DNA from: Patescibacteria group bacterium
Lineage (GTDB): Bacteria; Patescibacteriota; Minisyncoccia; Moranbacterales; UBA2206
NCBI GenBank assembly: GCA_022711335.1
Contig: JAKLFF010000001.1
Location: forward strand, 131,016 to 195,015
Direction of reading: 5' to 3'
Length of the DNA: 64,000 bases
Below, in pieces: positions 55,389-64,000 of this stretch (position 1 is the stretch's first letter; each line of letters begins with the position of its first letter). Below the pieces are notes generated by a model, which worked only from the letters and a program-made list of their open reading frames with translations, was not told where the DNA came from and made no database searches. A program made the position numbers and the translations under genes.

Positions 55389-56495
55389 TTATTTGTTGAT
55401 ATCTTTACGCTTATCAAATTCTTCTGTTATATATTGTAGTATTCTATCCTTAAACAGATTTTTGTCAAATTTTTTGGCTTTTTCGCGGATATATTCCGAA
55501 TTAAAATTCATTTCTCTAAATTTATTTACGGCTTCAGTTAAATCGTCAGCCGTTTGATTTTCGAAAAAAACGCCCATCTTCCCTTCTTCCATATGCTCGG
55601 GGATATCTCCTCCCCGGTAGGCAATAATCGGCCGTCCGGACGCCATAGCTTCAATAGCCACTATGCCAAAATCTTCTTCTTGAGGAAAAATAAACGCCTG
55701 ACATTTTGCATAATAATCCGCCAGTTTTTCGTCTGGCACCCGTCCCACAAATTCAATATTCGATTTTGCCATTCTTTTGAGCCTTTTAAGTTCCGGCCCC
55801 CTTCCAATAATTTTAAGTTTTAGCCCAAGATTATTGAAAGCCTGGATGGCAATATCGAATCTTTTATATGCAATCAGCCGCCCGACCATCAGAAAATAAT
55901 TTTCCCGCTTTTTGGAGATATAGAAATTTTCCGTGTTAACCGGCGGGTAGATGACAAGGCTGTTTTTTCTATAATATTTTTTAATTCTTTTGGCAACAAA
56001 ATTGGAATTAGCGATGATTTTATCAACTCTTTCAGCGCTTGTTCTATCCCAAATCCGGACATAATTCATGGCCAGCGGAACCAATTTTTTTATAAAAGAC
56101 GGAAAATAAAAATCCTGGGTATATTTTTGGCAGTCATCCCAGGCATAGCGCATCGGCGTGTGCATATAGCAGATATGGAGAGTTTCCGGACCCGTAATAA
56201 CGCCCTTGGCGTAGCTTGATGAATCAGACAAAACTATATCATAAGCGGAAAAATCAAATTGTTCAATTGCCATCGGCATAATATGGGGAAAAATGCGGTG
56301 GTGATTTTTTGCAAACGGAAGCTTTTGGACAAAAGAGGTTTTTATATTTTTTCCCTCAAATTTTCCATGCATCAAGTCTTTGTTATAGACAAGCGTATAA
56401 ATCGGAGCATATGGGAAAAGCTCGCAAAAACACTCGAGCACCCGTTCCGCGCCTCCATATTGGACTAAGTAATCGTGAACTAAAGCTATCTTCAT
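55389..56495 (-). CDS. GT4-family glycosyltransferase
   Basis: MKIALVHDYLVQYGGAERVLE N-terminus and EX7E region (FPQEEDFGIVAIEAMASGRPIIA). Confidence 0.85.
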   Translation of the reverse strand: MKIALVHDYLVQYGGAERVLECFCELFPYAPIYTLVYNKDLMHGKFEGKNIKTSFVQKLPFAKNHHRIFPHIMPMAIEQFDFSAYDIVLSDSSSYAKGVITGPETLHICYMHTPMRYAWDDCQKYTQDFYFPSFIKKLVPLAMNYVRIWDRTSAERVDKIIANSNFVAKRIKKYYRKNSLVIYPPVNTENFYISKKRENYFLMVGRLIAYKRFDIAIQAFNNLGLKLKIIGRGPELKRLKRMAKSNIEFVGRVPDEKLADYYAKCQAFIFPQEEDFGIVAIEAMASGRPIIAYRGGDIPEHMEEGKMGVFFENQTADDLTEAVNKFREMNFNSEYIREKAKKFDKNLFKDRILQYITEEFDKRKDINK

Positions 56496-56523
56496 GTTAG
56501 AATTTTAGCATATTAGCGCCGTA

Positions 56524-56547
56524 ATAAAAAGCCGCCCAGAAGGCGGC
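56524..56547 (-). terminator. Rho-independent terminator (minus strand) after the WbaP-like gene
   Basis: On the minus strand: GCCGCC-TTCTG-GGCGGC then TTTTTATT. Confidence 0.55.
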
Positions 56548-56596
56548 AACAAGCTCTTTTTGGAGGCTTTGCTTGCTTTCTCATCATGTCCTCCTT

Positions 56597-58012
56597 TTAT
56601 AAATTTCTTCTTTTCTTAAACAGCACCCCGATCGTTTTGAGGCATATCTGGATATCCAGCCACAGCGACCAATTTTCGATATAATATAAATCCATTCGAT
56701 ATTCATCTTCGAAATCCAAATCAGACCGGCCAGAAACTTGAGCCATTCCAGTCACACCCGGCTTTATAGTCAAAAGCCGGCGGTGATATTCCATATATTT
56801 TTCCACTTCCCGCTCCTGATGGGGCCGAGGTCCAACCATGCTCATAGTGCCGAAAAGGACATTAAAAAATTGGGGAAGCTCGTCTATGGAAAATCTTTCA
56901 ATGATATTTCCTACTCTTGTTTTTCTGGGATCCTTTTTAATTTTATATAGCGGCCCTTTTCTCACGCTCTGCTTGCTTATCAGTTCTTTTTCAAATTTCA
57001 GTGCTTCTTCGAACCCAGGATTTTCTTTTGTCACACAATCTTCCCATTTCATATAGCGGAATTTATAGACAAAGAATTTTTTTCCATCACTTCCTATTCT
57101 TTCATTTTTATAAATTATCGGGCCGCAGCTGTCGATTTTTATGGCAATAGCGGTCAAAATTGTTATCGGAGAAGTTATAATTATTCCGATAATTGAGGCG
57201 ATAAGATCAAAAATCCGCTTAAGGATCCTTCCCCAGCCGTCCAATGGAGTGTTTTTAACTTCAATAATCGGTTCGCCGTTCAAAACTCCAATCTGAAACT
57301 GGGAGGTTTCCCTGGTTGTAGGGATGAATTTGTAAGTAATATTGTGAATGGCGCAATAATCAATGAGTTTTTCTTGCTCGTCTTCGGTAAGCGACGGTTC
57401 GCAAAGAATTATTTCGTCTATTCCCCGAAATTGTTTGATTTCTTTGATGACTTTGAGGCTTCCGGTGTCCACCTGATAGACAACGCGATAGCCTAAATTT
57501 TTATTATGTTTGAATAATTTTGAAAGATAATTCATTTTTCCGTTTCTGCCGATAAGAAGGACTCTGTGAACCCCGATCCCTCGATTTCGAAGCAGCCATT
57601 TTTGGATCAGCTGGATAAAATAGCGGGCAGTTATGACATACAAAACCGCTAGGCCCCAGGCTGCTAAAATCACAAAGCGGGATGAAAACCATTCCCGCTG
57701 CAAAAATATCACGACTATTATCACCACGAGGCCAATGGAAGTGGCCAAAAAAACATGGACTGATTCTTTCCAAAATTTTCTGGTTACTTTTATGGTATAA
57801 AGGCCCTGGAGCGCGTAGATTAATATGAAAATTGGCGTAATAATCAAAATAATTTTTATATAAATATCCAAAGGATAGTTATATAATTTTGGCCGTCCGG
57901 CAAAAAATTCCGGGACGTTCCGAATGTAAAAAGCTGTAAGAGCGGCTAAAACAATCATCGCAAAATCAACCGGAACCTGAAGGGCGCTAAAAAATAATTC
58001 TGATCTTTTCAT
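56597..58012 (-). CDS. Large-form polyprenyl glycosylphosphotransferase (WbaP/CpsE-like initiating transferase)
   Basis: Five N-terminal TM helices, central domain, C-terminal sugar-transferase domain with KFFVYKFRYM and VGPRPHQ. Confidence 0.85.
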   Translation of the reverse strand: MKRSELFFSALQVPVDFAMIVLAALTAFYIRNVPEFFAGRPKLYNYPLDIYIKIILIITPIFILIYALQGLYTIKVTRKFWKESVHVFLATSIGLVVIIVVIFLQREWFSSRFVILAAWGLAVLYVITARYFIQLIQKWLLRNRGIGVHRVLLIGRNGKMNYLSKLFKHNKNLGYRVVYQVDTGSLKVIKEIKQFRGIDEIILCEPSLTEDEQEKLIDYCAIHNITYKFIPTTRETSQFQIGVLNGEPIIEVKNTPLDGWGRILKRIFDLIASIIGIIITSPITILTAIAIKIDSCGPIIYKNERIGSDGKKFFVYKFRYMKWEDCVTKENPGFEEALKFEKELISKQSVRKGPLYKIKKDPRKTRVGNIIERFSIDELPQFFNVLFGTMSMVGPRPHQEREVEKYMEYHRRLLTIKPGVTGMAQVSGRSDLDFEDEYRMDLYYIENWSLWLDIQICLKTIGVLFKKRRNL

Positions 58013-58124
58013 GTTTTTCTCTATAAATTACGAATAAGCTAGCGCTCTACGAACATACAAACTACGAATTGAATAATTCATATATTCGTAAAAATTTATA
58101 ATTCGTAGAGATTTCAGATATTTA

Positions 58125-58462
58125 TCAAGGCAAATCTATAAGCCGGATTCTGTCGGGAACGATCATTTATCTTGTCTCGACGTTACCGTCGGGATCGCGC
58201 GGCATTTCCCGTTTTTAGCTAAAAAAACAGGACACAGCCTTGCACTCACGCAGGGATTTGGCCGTTTCACCTTCGATGTTTCCATTGAAGCTTATCCCTT
58301 GCGGGATACTTTTATTATCTCTAATAAAAGCGTCTCTGTTCGCACCCCTCGAGTTGCCCCGGATGGGAATTACCCACTACGCGTGCCAATGCACAGCACT
58401 GGCCGAGTGTCCGGACTTTCCTATCCATAATAAATTACGGATTGATCGCTCAATTTGCCTTG
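58125..58462 (-). ncRNA. rnpB: RNase P RNA (bacterial type A-like)
   Basis: Minus-strand read: P1 CAAGGCAAAT...ATTTGCCTTG pairing at the ends. P4 5' strand GGAAAGTCCGGAC. GGTGAAA motif. P4 3' strand ACAGAATCCGGCTTA. GC-rich island of about 338 nt with no credible ORF. Confidence 0.85.
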
Positions 58463-58617
58463 ATAAATACCAAAATAATGTTTTATTTAAGCCAAAATTT
58501 TAATGTTCATCCTCTTAACAATAGCATATTTAATACAAAGTGGCAAGGCGTTTGTCAACAGAAAAAGCGGCTGGCGTGCAAGCCATACCGCTTCCGTTCC
58601 CATCTCCTTTTGGATAA

Positions 58618-58839
58618 TTATTCCTTTTTGCCATAATTCGGATCAGTTGCGATCTTGTGTGCGTTCACTACTCCTTCGACAAATTCCGGATTTTCAGAAT
58701 CAGCCAAGGCTTGGTGGACAGCATCGCCTCCTGCACCATGGCACTTTATTGCCTTAGCCATCTGGATTCTGGTTGAAAAAGCATTAATTTCTGAAAAAGG
58801 CCCTTTGCCGGAAAACCATCGTTTTGGTCCCTTGTGCAT
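58618..58839 (-). CDS. Small hypothetical protein; C-terminal 47 aa (MAKAIKCHGAGGDAVH...H) resemble DUF1059-type small metal-binding proteins; start uncertain (Met at 58839 with GGA RBS, or Met at 58761)
   Basis: The MAK.IKC......D.V........E......H pattern is recalled from the DUF1059 family. The alternative is a spurious ORF between rnpB and valS. Confidence 0.3.
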   Translation of the reverse strand: MHKGPKRWFSGKGPFSEINAFSTRIQMAKAIKCHGAGGDAVHQALADSENPEFVEGVVNAHKIATDPNYGKKE

Positions 58840-58940
58840 AGCTAATCCTTTTTCTGATATTTCCCCGGATTTCCGTTTCCCTTGCCCCGGTGAACTTATT
58901 TTTCCTACTCTGGAATCGCACATAAACCCTCCTTCTGTTT

Positions 58941-61532
58941 TTAAAGTTGATTTAAGTCTTCAAGCAGGTTCTGCCGCAAACTTATTTTCTCCTTATATTC
59001 CAAAACTCTATTCTTATTATCTTCAATAATTTTTTCTGGCGCGCTTTTTATAAATTTTTCATTTTTAAGCAGGTTTTCTGTTTTCAAAATGGCGCTTTCC
59101 AGATTTTTTATTTCTTTTTCCATTCTTTCCGTTTCTTTTTTGACATCAATAAGCGAAGCAATATCAAGATTTAAATTGCTTATTTTTATCATCTTTACTT
59201 CGGGCTTTTCCAAAATTATCTTGACCCTGGCCAATTTTTCAATAATTTCCCTGTTGTTTTCTATTTTTTCGGAATAAGCATTGATAATCACAGACGGGCT
59301 TATTCCATAGCTAGCCCTCAAGTTTCTTATTTTTGTGGTGATATTTTGAAGATTTTTGAAATCTTTTTCTGCTTTTTTGTCTATCATCTTTCCGTCTGCT
59401 ACCGGCCACTTTTCAACCATTAATAATTTTTTGCCTTCGGCTAAATCCTGGAAAATTTTTTCCGTCACAAACGGCGTGAACGGATGCCAAAGTTTCAAAA
59501 TTTTATCCAAAACATATCCCAAAACTTTTTCATTTTTTTCAATTTTGTGGATTTCCAAATACCAGTCGGCAAACTGATCCCAGGTAAATTTGCGGAGTGC
59601 TTCCTGCGCCAAAGAAATATCCTTGTTTTCCAAAAAGCTTGTCACGACAAGAATTATTTTATTGAGTTCATTAATAATCCATTTATCCGCAAGGGTTTTT
59701 ATTTCTTTTTCATAAATGCTTCCAACCAATTCAAAATTTTCGCTTGAGCTGATGCAATATCTATATATGTTCCAGAGTTTTGTGACAAAATTTCGAAAAC
59801 TTTCTATTTTTTCTTCATATATCCTTGAATCCTGCCCCGGAGTTACTCCAGAAAATACACTTAAACGCAATGCGTCCGCGCCGTATTTATCAATCATTTC
59901 CAAAGGATTGATCCCATTTCCCCGTGATTTTGACATTTTGCGTCCTTCTTTATCCCTAATTAATCCTGTAAAATACAAATTTTTAAAAGGAATTTTTCCA
60001 GTACGATACAAACTCATCATAATCATCCTGGCTGACCAAAAAAACAAGATATCCCTCCCCATTACCATCATATCTGTCGGATAAAATTCTTTGAAATTTT
60101 TTCCTTCAGGATAGCCGAGAGTTGAATATGCCCATTGGCCGGATGTAAACCAGGTGTCAAAAGTATCCGGATCCTGGTATAATTTTGGATCTTTGCAAAG
60201 CGGGCATTTGTCTGGTTTTTTAATGGAAACGATGTATTTATCTTCGCCGCAATTTTTGCAATACCAGACAGGAATCCGCGGACCCCACCAGATCTGGCGG
60301 GAAACGCACCAATCGCGCAGATTGGAAAACCACTGAATCAATGTTTTCCTAAAGTTTTCCGGATAAACTTTTATTTTATTGTTTTTTACGGCTTTCAGCG
60401 ATTCATATTTGAGGGAATATTTTTTTGCATCGACGCTGATAAACCACTGCTTGGATATGAGCGGCTGAATCGTATTTTTGCATCTTTCGCAAATCAGCAC
60501 ATTTATTTTTGTTTCTTCTGTTTTTTCCAAAAGTCCCAATTTTTCCAAATCTTCAAGTATATTTCCTCTGGCTTCCAAAACTCCCTGCCCCTCATATTTT
60601 CCTCCCAACTTTGTGATTTTGGCTTCCTCGTTTATCACCTGGATTGTTTCCAGCTTATGATCATTCCCTATTTCCCAGTCCAGCGCATCATGAGAGGGAG
60701 TGATTTTCACTGCCCCCGTTCCAAATTCCCTGTCAATTCTCTTGTCAGCAATAATTGGAATTTCCCTGCCCACCAAAGGCAAAACTGCAGTTTTTCCAAT
60801 AAGGTCTTTATATTTCAGATCGCCTGGATTCACTGCTACAGCAACGTCTCCCAGCATTGTTTCCGGACGAGTAGTGGCGACAGTTATAAATTTTTTAGAA
60901 TCTTTGATCGGGTATCTAACATAATACAATTTCCCGTCTGTTTCTTTGTGGATTACTTCCAAATCGGAAAGGGCGGTTGCGCATCTGGGGCACCAATTGA
61001 TTATTCTTTCTCCGCGATAAACCATTCCGTCTTTATGCATATTGACAAAAGTTTCAAGAGCAATTTGAAGCACGTCCGGATCAAGAGTGAATTTTTCCCG
61101 AGACCAGTCGGCTGAAATACCGATTTTCTTTTCCTGAGCGCGCATATAACTGGCGCGGTCTATGCAAAAATCATAAGCCTCTTTGTAGAACTTTTCCCGC
61201 CCCAAATCATGGCGAGTAATATTTCGCTCTTCTTTTATTTTTCGCTCATACACCACTTGCGTTAAAATTCCAGCATGGTCTTTTCCGGGAAGAAGAAGCG
61301 TTTTTTCACCTTTCATCCGGTGATACCGGCCAAAAATATCCATAAAAACATATCCGCTAGCATTGCCTACATGCAATTCTCCGTTAGCATTAGGCGGCGG
61401 AAGCACATTGCAATATTTCTTCTTGGATTTAATTTTATCAGGCGAAAAAAACCCTGAATTTTCCCAGAGTTTATAAATCTCGTCCTCATATTTTCCCGCT
61501 TCGTAGGTTTTAGAAATATTTTTCATAAACAA
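58941..61532 (-). CDS. valS: Valyl-tRNA synthetase
   Basis: Class I HIGH (PPPNANGELHVGNA) and KMSKS (KMSKSRGN) motifs. Editing domain. C-terminal coiled coil. 863 aa. Confidence 0.9.
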   Translation of the reverse strand: MFMKNISKTYEAGKYEDEIYKLWENSGFFSPDKIKSKKKYCNVLPPPNANGELHVGNASGYVFMDIFGRYHRMKGEKTLLLPGKDHAGILTQVVYERKIKEERNITRHDLGREKFYKEAYDFCIDRASYMRAQEKKIGISADWSREKFTLDPDVLQIALETFVNMHKDGMVYRGERIINWCPRCATALSDLEVIHKETDGKLYYVRYPIKDSKKFITVATTRPETMLGDVAVAVNPGDLKYKDLIGKTAVLPLVGREIPIIADKRIDREFGTGAVKITPSHDALDWEIGNDHKLETIQVINEEAKITKLGGKYEGQGVLEARGNILEDLEKLGLLEKTEETKINVLICERCKNTIQPLISKQWFISVDAKKYSLKYESLKAVKNNKIKVYPENFRKTLIQWFSNLRDWCVSRQIWWGPRIPVWYCKNCGEDKYIVSIKKPDKCPLCKDPKLYQDPDTFDTWFTSGQWAYSTLGYPEGKNFKEFYPTDMMVMGRDILFFWSARMIMMSLYRTGKIPFKNLYFTGLIRDKEGRKMSKSRGNGINPLEMIDKYGADALRLSVFSGVTPGQDSRIYEEKIESFRNFVTKLWNIYRYCISSSENFELVGSIYEKEIKTLADKWIINELNKIILVVTSFLENKDISLAQEALRKFTWDQFADWYLEIHKIEKNEKVLGYVLDKILKLWHPFTPFVTEKIFQDLAEGKKLLMVEKWPVADGKMIDKKAEKDFKNLQNITTKIRNLRASYGISPSVIINAYSEKIENNREIIEKLARVKIILEKPEVKMIKISNLNLDIASLIDVKKETERMEKEIKNLESAILKTENLLKNEKFIKSAPEKIIEDNKNRVLEYKEKISLRQNLLEDLNQL

Positions 61533-61553
61533 CCCTTTCGGTTTTAGCGCCTA

Positions 61554-62216
61554 TTAGTATCTGTAATTGCCATGGTTTCCTGCTGGCGGCGGCTGATGAT
61601 AGCCACGCCCATTCCCACCCCTGCTATCATCCACATGAGTGCGCGCTGGCGGGGGTGGATTATAGCCGCTGCCATGGTTATTGTCATGATTACTACCACG
61701 GTAATCGCTATTATAATTATAATTATAATTATCATTCCTTCCATAACCGCCTATATAAATCCTGGCTGGCTGGGGCGGATAATAACCATTGTCATGATGA
61801 TTATTATCATAGTCATAGTAATCATCATTTCTCCCATAATCACCTATATAAATGCGTGCTGGCTGAGGAGGGTAATAACCGGCATCATCATCGTGGCCAT
61901 TATAATCATCATAATAATACTCCCTTTGATTATCCACATAAATCCTTGCTGGTTCGTATCCGGTATCATTTCCGTCATCGTCTATATAGATTCTACCGTA
62001 TCCGTTGTCGTTGTCATTCTCATCCACATAAATTCTTGCTGGTTCATAATCATTGCCCGATGCCCAGTCGTCTGAACTATAACGGCCATATTTATCTCCT
62101 CCACAACTTGCTTCGACATTATTTGCGCCAACAGCAAAAGAAAACAAGGATAAAAGCACAATTATAAAAGAAAGTAAGATGTTTTTCTTCATATTTTTGC
62201 CGCGGCTAATTATCAA
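61554..62216 (-). CDS. Secreted low-complexity repeat protein rich in D/N/Y/G with about five (E/Q)PARIY(V/I)(D/G) repeats
   Basis: Signal peptide (ILLSFIIVLLSLFSFAVGANNVEA). Repeats EPARIYVDENDNDNGY..., PPQPARIYIGDYGRNDDYYDYDNNHHDNGYY... The opposite-strand ORFs in the track are artefacts of the repeat DNA. Confidence 0.6.
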   Translation of the reverse strand: MIISRGKNMKKNILLSFIIVLLSLFSFAVGANNVEASCGGDKYGRYSSDDWASGNDYEPARIYVDENDNDNGYGRIYIDDDGNDTGYEPARIYVDNQREYYYDDYNGHDDDAGYYPPQPARIYIGDYGRNDDYYDYDNNHHDNGYYPPQPARIYIGGYGRNDNYNYNYNSDYRGSNHDNNHGSGYNPPPPARTHVDDSRGGNGRGYHQPPPAGNHGNYRY

Positions 62217-62221
62217 AGCCT

Positions 62222-64000
62222 CTATTTTCTCACTGTCACTCCCAATTCAGCTTCTAATGTAGATACAATTTTTTCTATTGAACGTTCCACCTCAGCTTTT
62301 TCAAAAGTCTTTTTTTTATCTTCAAATTCTATGCGAAACGCCAGGCTTTTTTGGCTATCTTTCTCGAAAACATCAAAAAGTTTTATATTTTTTACCAGAT
62401 TTTTGCCAATTTTTTTAATAGTATCAACGATCTGTGCATAGGTCGTATCATTGGAAACAAGCAGAGAAATATCACGGGTAACAACCGGATATTTGCTTAT
62501 CGGATTGTAAATTTTTGATTTATTCGCATGTTTTTTGAGGATTTCCAAATCAAATTCTGCCACAGCTACCGGACTTTTTATTTTATACGCCGAAAGTACA
62601 GCTGGGTTGATTTCAGAAAGGACGCCGATTTTTTCTCCTGCGATTTTTATTTCCGCCGACCGAAAAGGATGGCATATTTTTTCCGGATTCTTACGAAGTC
62701 TGACTTCGTAAGAATTGACGCCAAAACCTTCCAGCATATCTTCAATTGCGCCTTTCAAATCATAAAATATTTCACCCTTGCTGTCTTTATTCTTTGCCAC
62801 TGCCATGGCCAACATTCTTTTTTCTTCGACTTTTTTTCCATCCGGCCGGTAGCATCTTCCCTCTTCAAATACCCGAAAATCTTCAAAATTTTTCAAATTC
62901 TCATAAATATTTTTTAAAATATTGGGAATCAGGCTTGTGCGAACATATTTCTGCTCCGAATTCATCGGATTTTCAAGCTCTAAATGTTTTATATTATCAA
63001 AACCGCAGCTAACCATATCCTTTTCGCCATAAAAGGAATAATTATAAACCTCATCAAATCCAATCCCTGTGAGCTTATCCTGGACTTTTCGCTCAAAGAA
63101 AACTTGCTCATTTATTTTAGCCGGCAATATTTCAGAAATCATCGGCTGCTCTTTCACTTTTTCATACCCCCAGATTCTTCCAATTTCTTCGATAAGATCT
63201 TCCTGAGTCTTAAGATCAAACCGGTATGTTGGAACAATGCATTCGATTATTTTTCCGTTTTTTGTTTTTATCCCGAGAATATTCAAAATTCTCGTCATAT
63301 CTTTCACCAAAATAAATTCACCCAAAAGGCTGTTGACATAGCTGGAATCCAGCTTTATTTTCCATGGCGCCACTTTCTTGGAATATACGTCAACCACCCC
63401 CGTTAATTTCCCTCCGGCGGTATGTTCAATTATTTCAATAAGCCGCGCCATAGCTTTTTCGGCCAAATTCGGATCGATGTCTTTTTCAAACCGATCCGAC
63501 GAGTCTGTTTTCAAATTCAGGCGCGTTCTGGTTTTTCGGATGCTCACCGCGTTAAAATTAGCTGATTCCAAGACGATATTTTTGGTATTCCCGTCAATTT
63601 CCGCCAGCTTTCCACCCTTAATTCCAGCAATTGCCAATGGATTATCGCCGTCAGTTATCAACAAATCATCGGAGGTTAATTCTTTTACTACTCCATCAAG
63701 CAATTTAATCTTTTCTCCAGTTTTTGCTTTTCGTACAACTATTCCTAACTTTGAATTTTGAACTGTAACTTTTAACTTTTCACTTTGAACTTTTAACTTA
63801 TCCACATCAAAAGCATGCAAAGGGTTTCCAAGCTCCAGCATTACATAATTTGTCGCATCAACTACGTTATTAATCGCTCTTATTCCTGAAGCTTCTAATC
63901 TTTTCTTCATCCAATCCGGCGATTCTTTTATTTTTATATTTTCCATTACCGCTCCGATATATCTTGGACAAAGCTTGCTGCTCTTGACCGCAATTTTCAA
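62222..64000 (-). CDS. pheT: Phenylalanyl-tRNA synthetase beta subunit, C-terminal about 590 aa (N-terminus beyond the window end)
   Basis: B3/4 domain CPRYIGAVM...SPDWMKKRLEASGIRAINNVVDATNYVMLELGNPLHAFD. B5 and FDX-ACB-like C-terminus. The ORF is open to base 64000. Confidence 0.9.
   Translation of the reverse strand: MKIAVKSSKLCPRYIGAVMENIKIKESPDWMKKRLEASGIRAINNVVDATNYVMLELGNPLHAFDVDKLKVQSEKLKVTVQNSKLGIVVRKAKTGEKIKLLDGVVKELTSDDLLITDGDNPLAIAGIKGGKLAEIDGNTKNIVLESANFNAVSIRKTRTRLNLKTDSSDRFEKDIDPNLAEKAMARLIEIIEHTAGGKLTGVVDVYSKKVAPWKIKLDSSYVNSLLGEFILVKDMTRILNILGIKTKNGKIIECIVPTYRFDLKTQEDLIEEIGRIWGYEKVKEQPMISEILPAKINEQVFFERKVQDKLTGIGFDEVYNYSFYGEKDMVSCGFDNIKHLELENPMNSEQKYVRTSLIPNILKNIYENLKNFEDFRVFEEGRCYRPDGKKVEEKRMLAMAVAKNKDSKGEIFYDLKGAIEDMLEGFGVNSYEVRLRKNPEKICHPFRSAEIKIAGEKIGVLSEINPAVLSAYKIKSPVAVAEFDLEILKKHANKSKIYNPISKYPVVTRDISLLVSNDTTYAQIVDTIKKIGKNLVKNIKLFDVFEKDSQKSLAFRIEFEDKKKTFEKAEVERSIEKIVSTLEAELGVTVRK

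Noticed and set aside
58150-58450. Possibility that the GC-rich non-coding block is tmRNA or SRP RNA
   Set aside because: No tRNA-like 3' end or tag-peptide reading frame was found, and no SRP domain-IV GGAAGCAG-type motif. The P4 consensus strands of RNase P are both present.
58240-58757. Small plus-strand ORFs (58240-58503, 58442-58636, 58503-58757) between wbaP-like and valS
   Set aside because: They overlap the RNase P RNA and its flanks. The conserved P4 strands explain the region better than any protein.
61544-62216. ORFs 61572-62075 (+), 61655-62167 (+) and 61544-61744 (-) overlapping the repeat-protein gene
   Set aside because: They have extreme low-complexity translations (poly-I/H/Y runs) that mirror the D/N/Y-rich repeat DNA. 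Only the minus-strand 220-aa ORF has a signal peptide and a sensible start/RBS.

Overview
This is a low-GC bacterial chromosome segment (roughly one-third GC by eye) with compact, often overlapping genes. It is unusually rich in glycosylation machinery, a gene content reminiscent of Candidate Phyla Radiation/Patescibacteria-like genomes; taxonomy cannot be proven from sequence alone. The glycosylation genes include one GT2, many GT4 enzymes, five ArnT/PMT-like GT-C membrane glycosyltransferases, two WbaP/PglC-type initiating sugar transferases, and Wzy-like and Wzz-like proteins. Housekeeping anchors are ugd, clpB, two htrA paralogs (one with a degenerate catalytic triad), an unlisted 59-aa ferredoxin, a parvulin PPIase, lepA, a single xer recombinase, murJ, valS, pheT (partial) and an RNase P RNA on the minus strand (58125-58462) that the ORF track cannot show. 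The accessory or unusual content is as follows. (1) One long minus-strand operon (10.6-20.4 kb) carries tandemly duplicated [GT-C glycosyltransferase + membrane-anchored metallophosphoesterase] cassettes plus a YdjC-like deacetylase. (2) A 946-aa secreted beta-helix/lipase-like protein is followed by three tandem paralogous 3-TM mini-protein genes. (3) A GC-richer island (about 22.3-28.1 kb) holds an IS481-family transposase, three secreted Cys-containing proteins with related signal peptides, a REP-associated tyrosine transposase (RAYT) flanked by REP-like palindromes, and a radical SAM protein. (4) A composite palindromic element of about 110-120 bp is present in two inverted copies (3.1 kb and 43.0 kb), and a 108-nt in-frame palindrome-bounded insertion sits inside lepA. 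(5) A dif-like site lies next to xer, followed by a small accessory segment with a structured intergenic element, a HicB-HicA toxin-antitoxin pair and a bacterial SET-domain protein. (6) A secreted D/N/Y/G-rich repeat protein is present. No CRISPR array and no convincing tRNA were seen.
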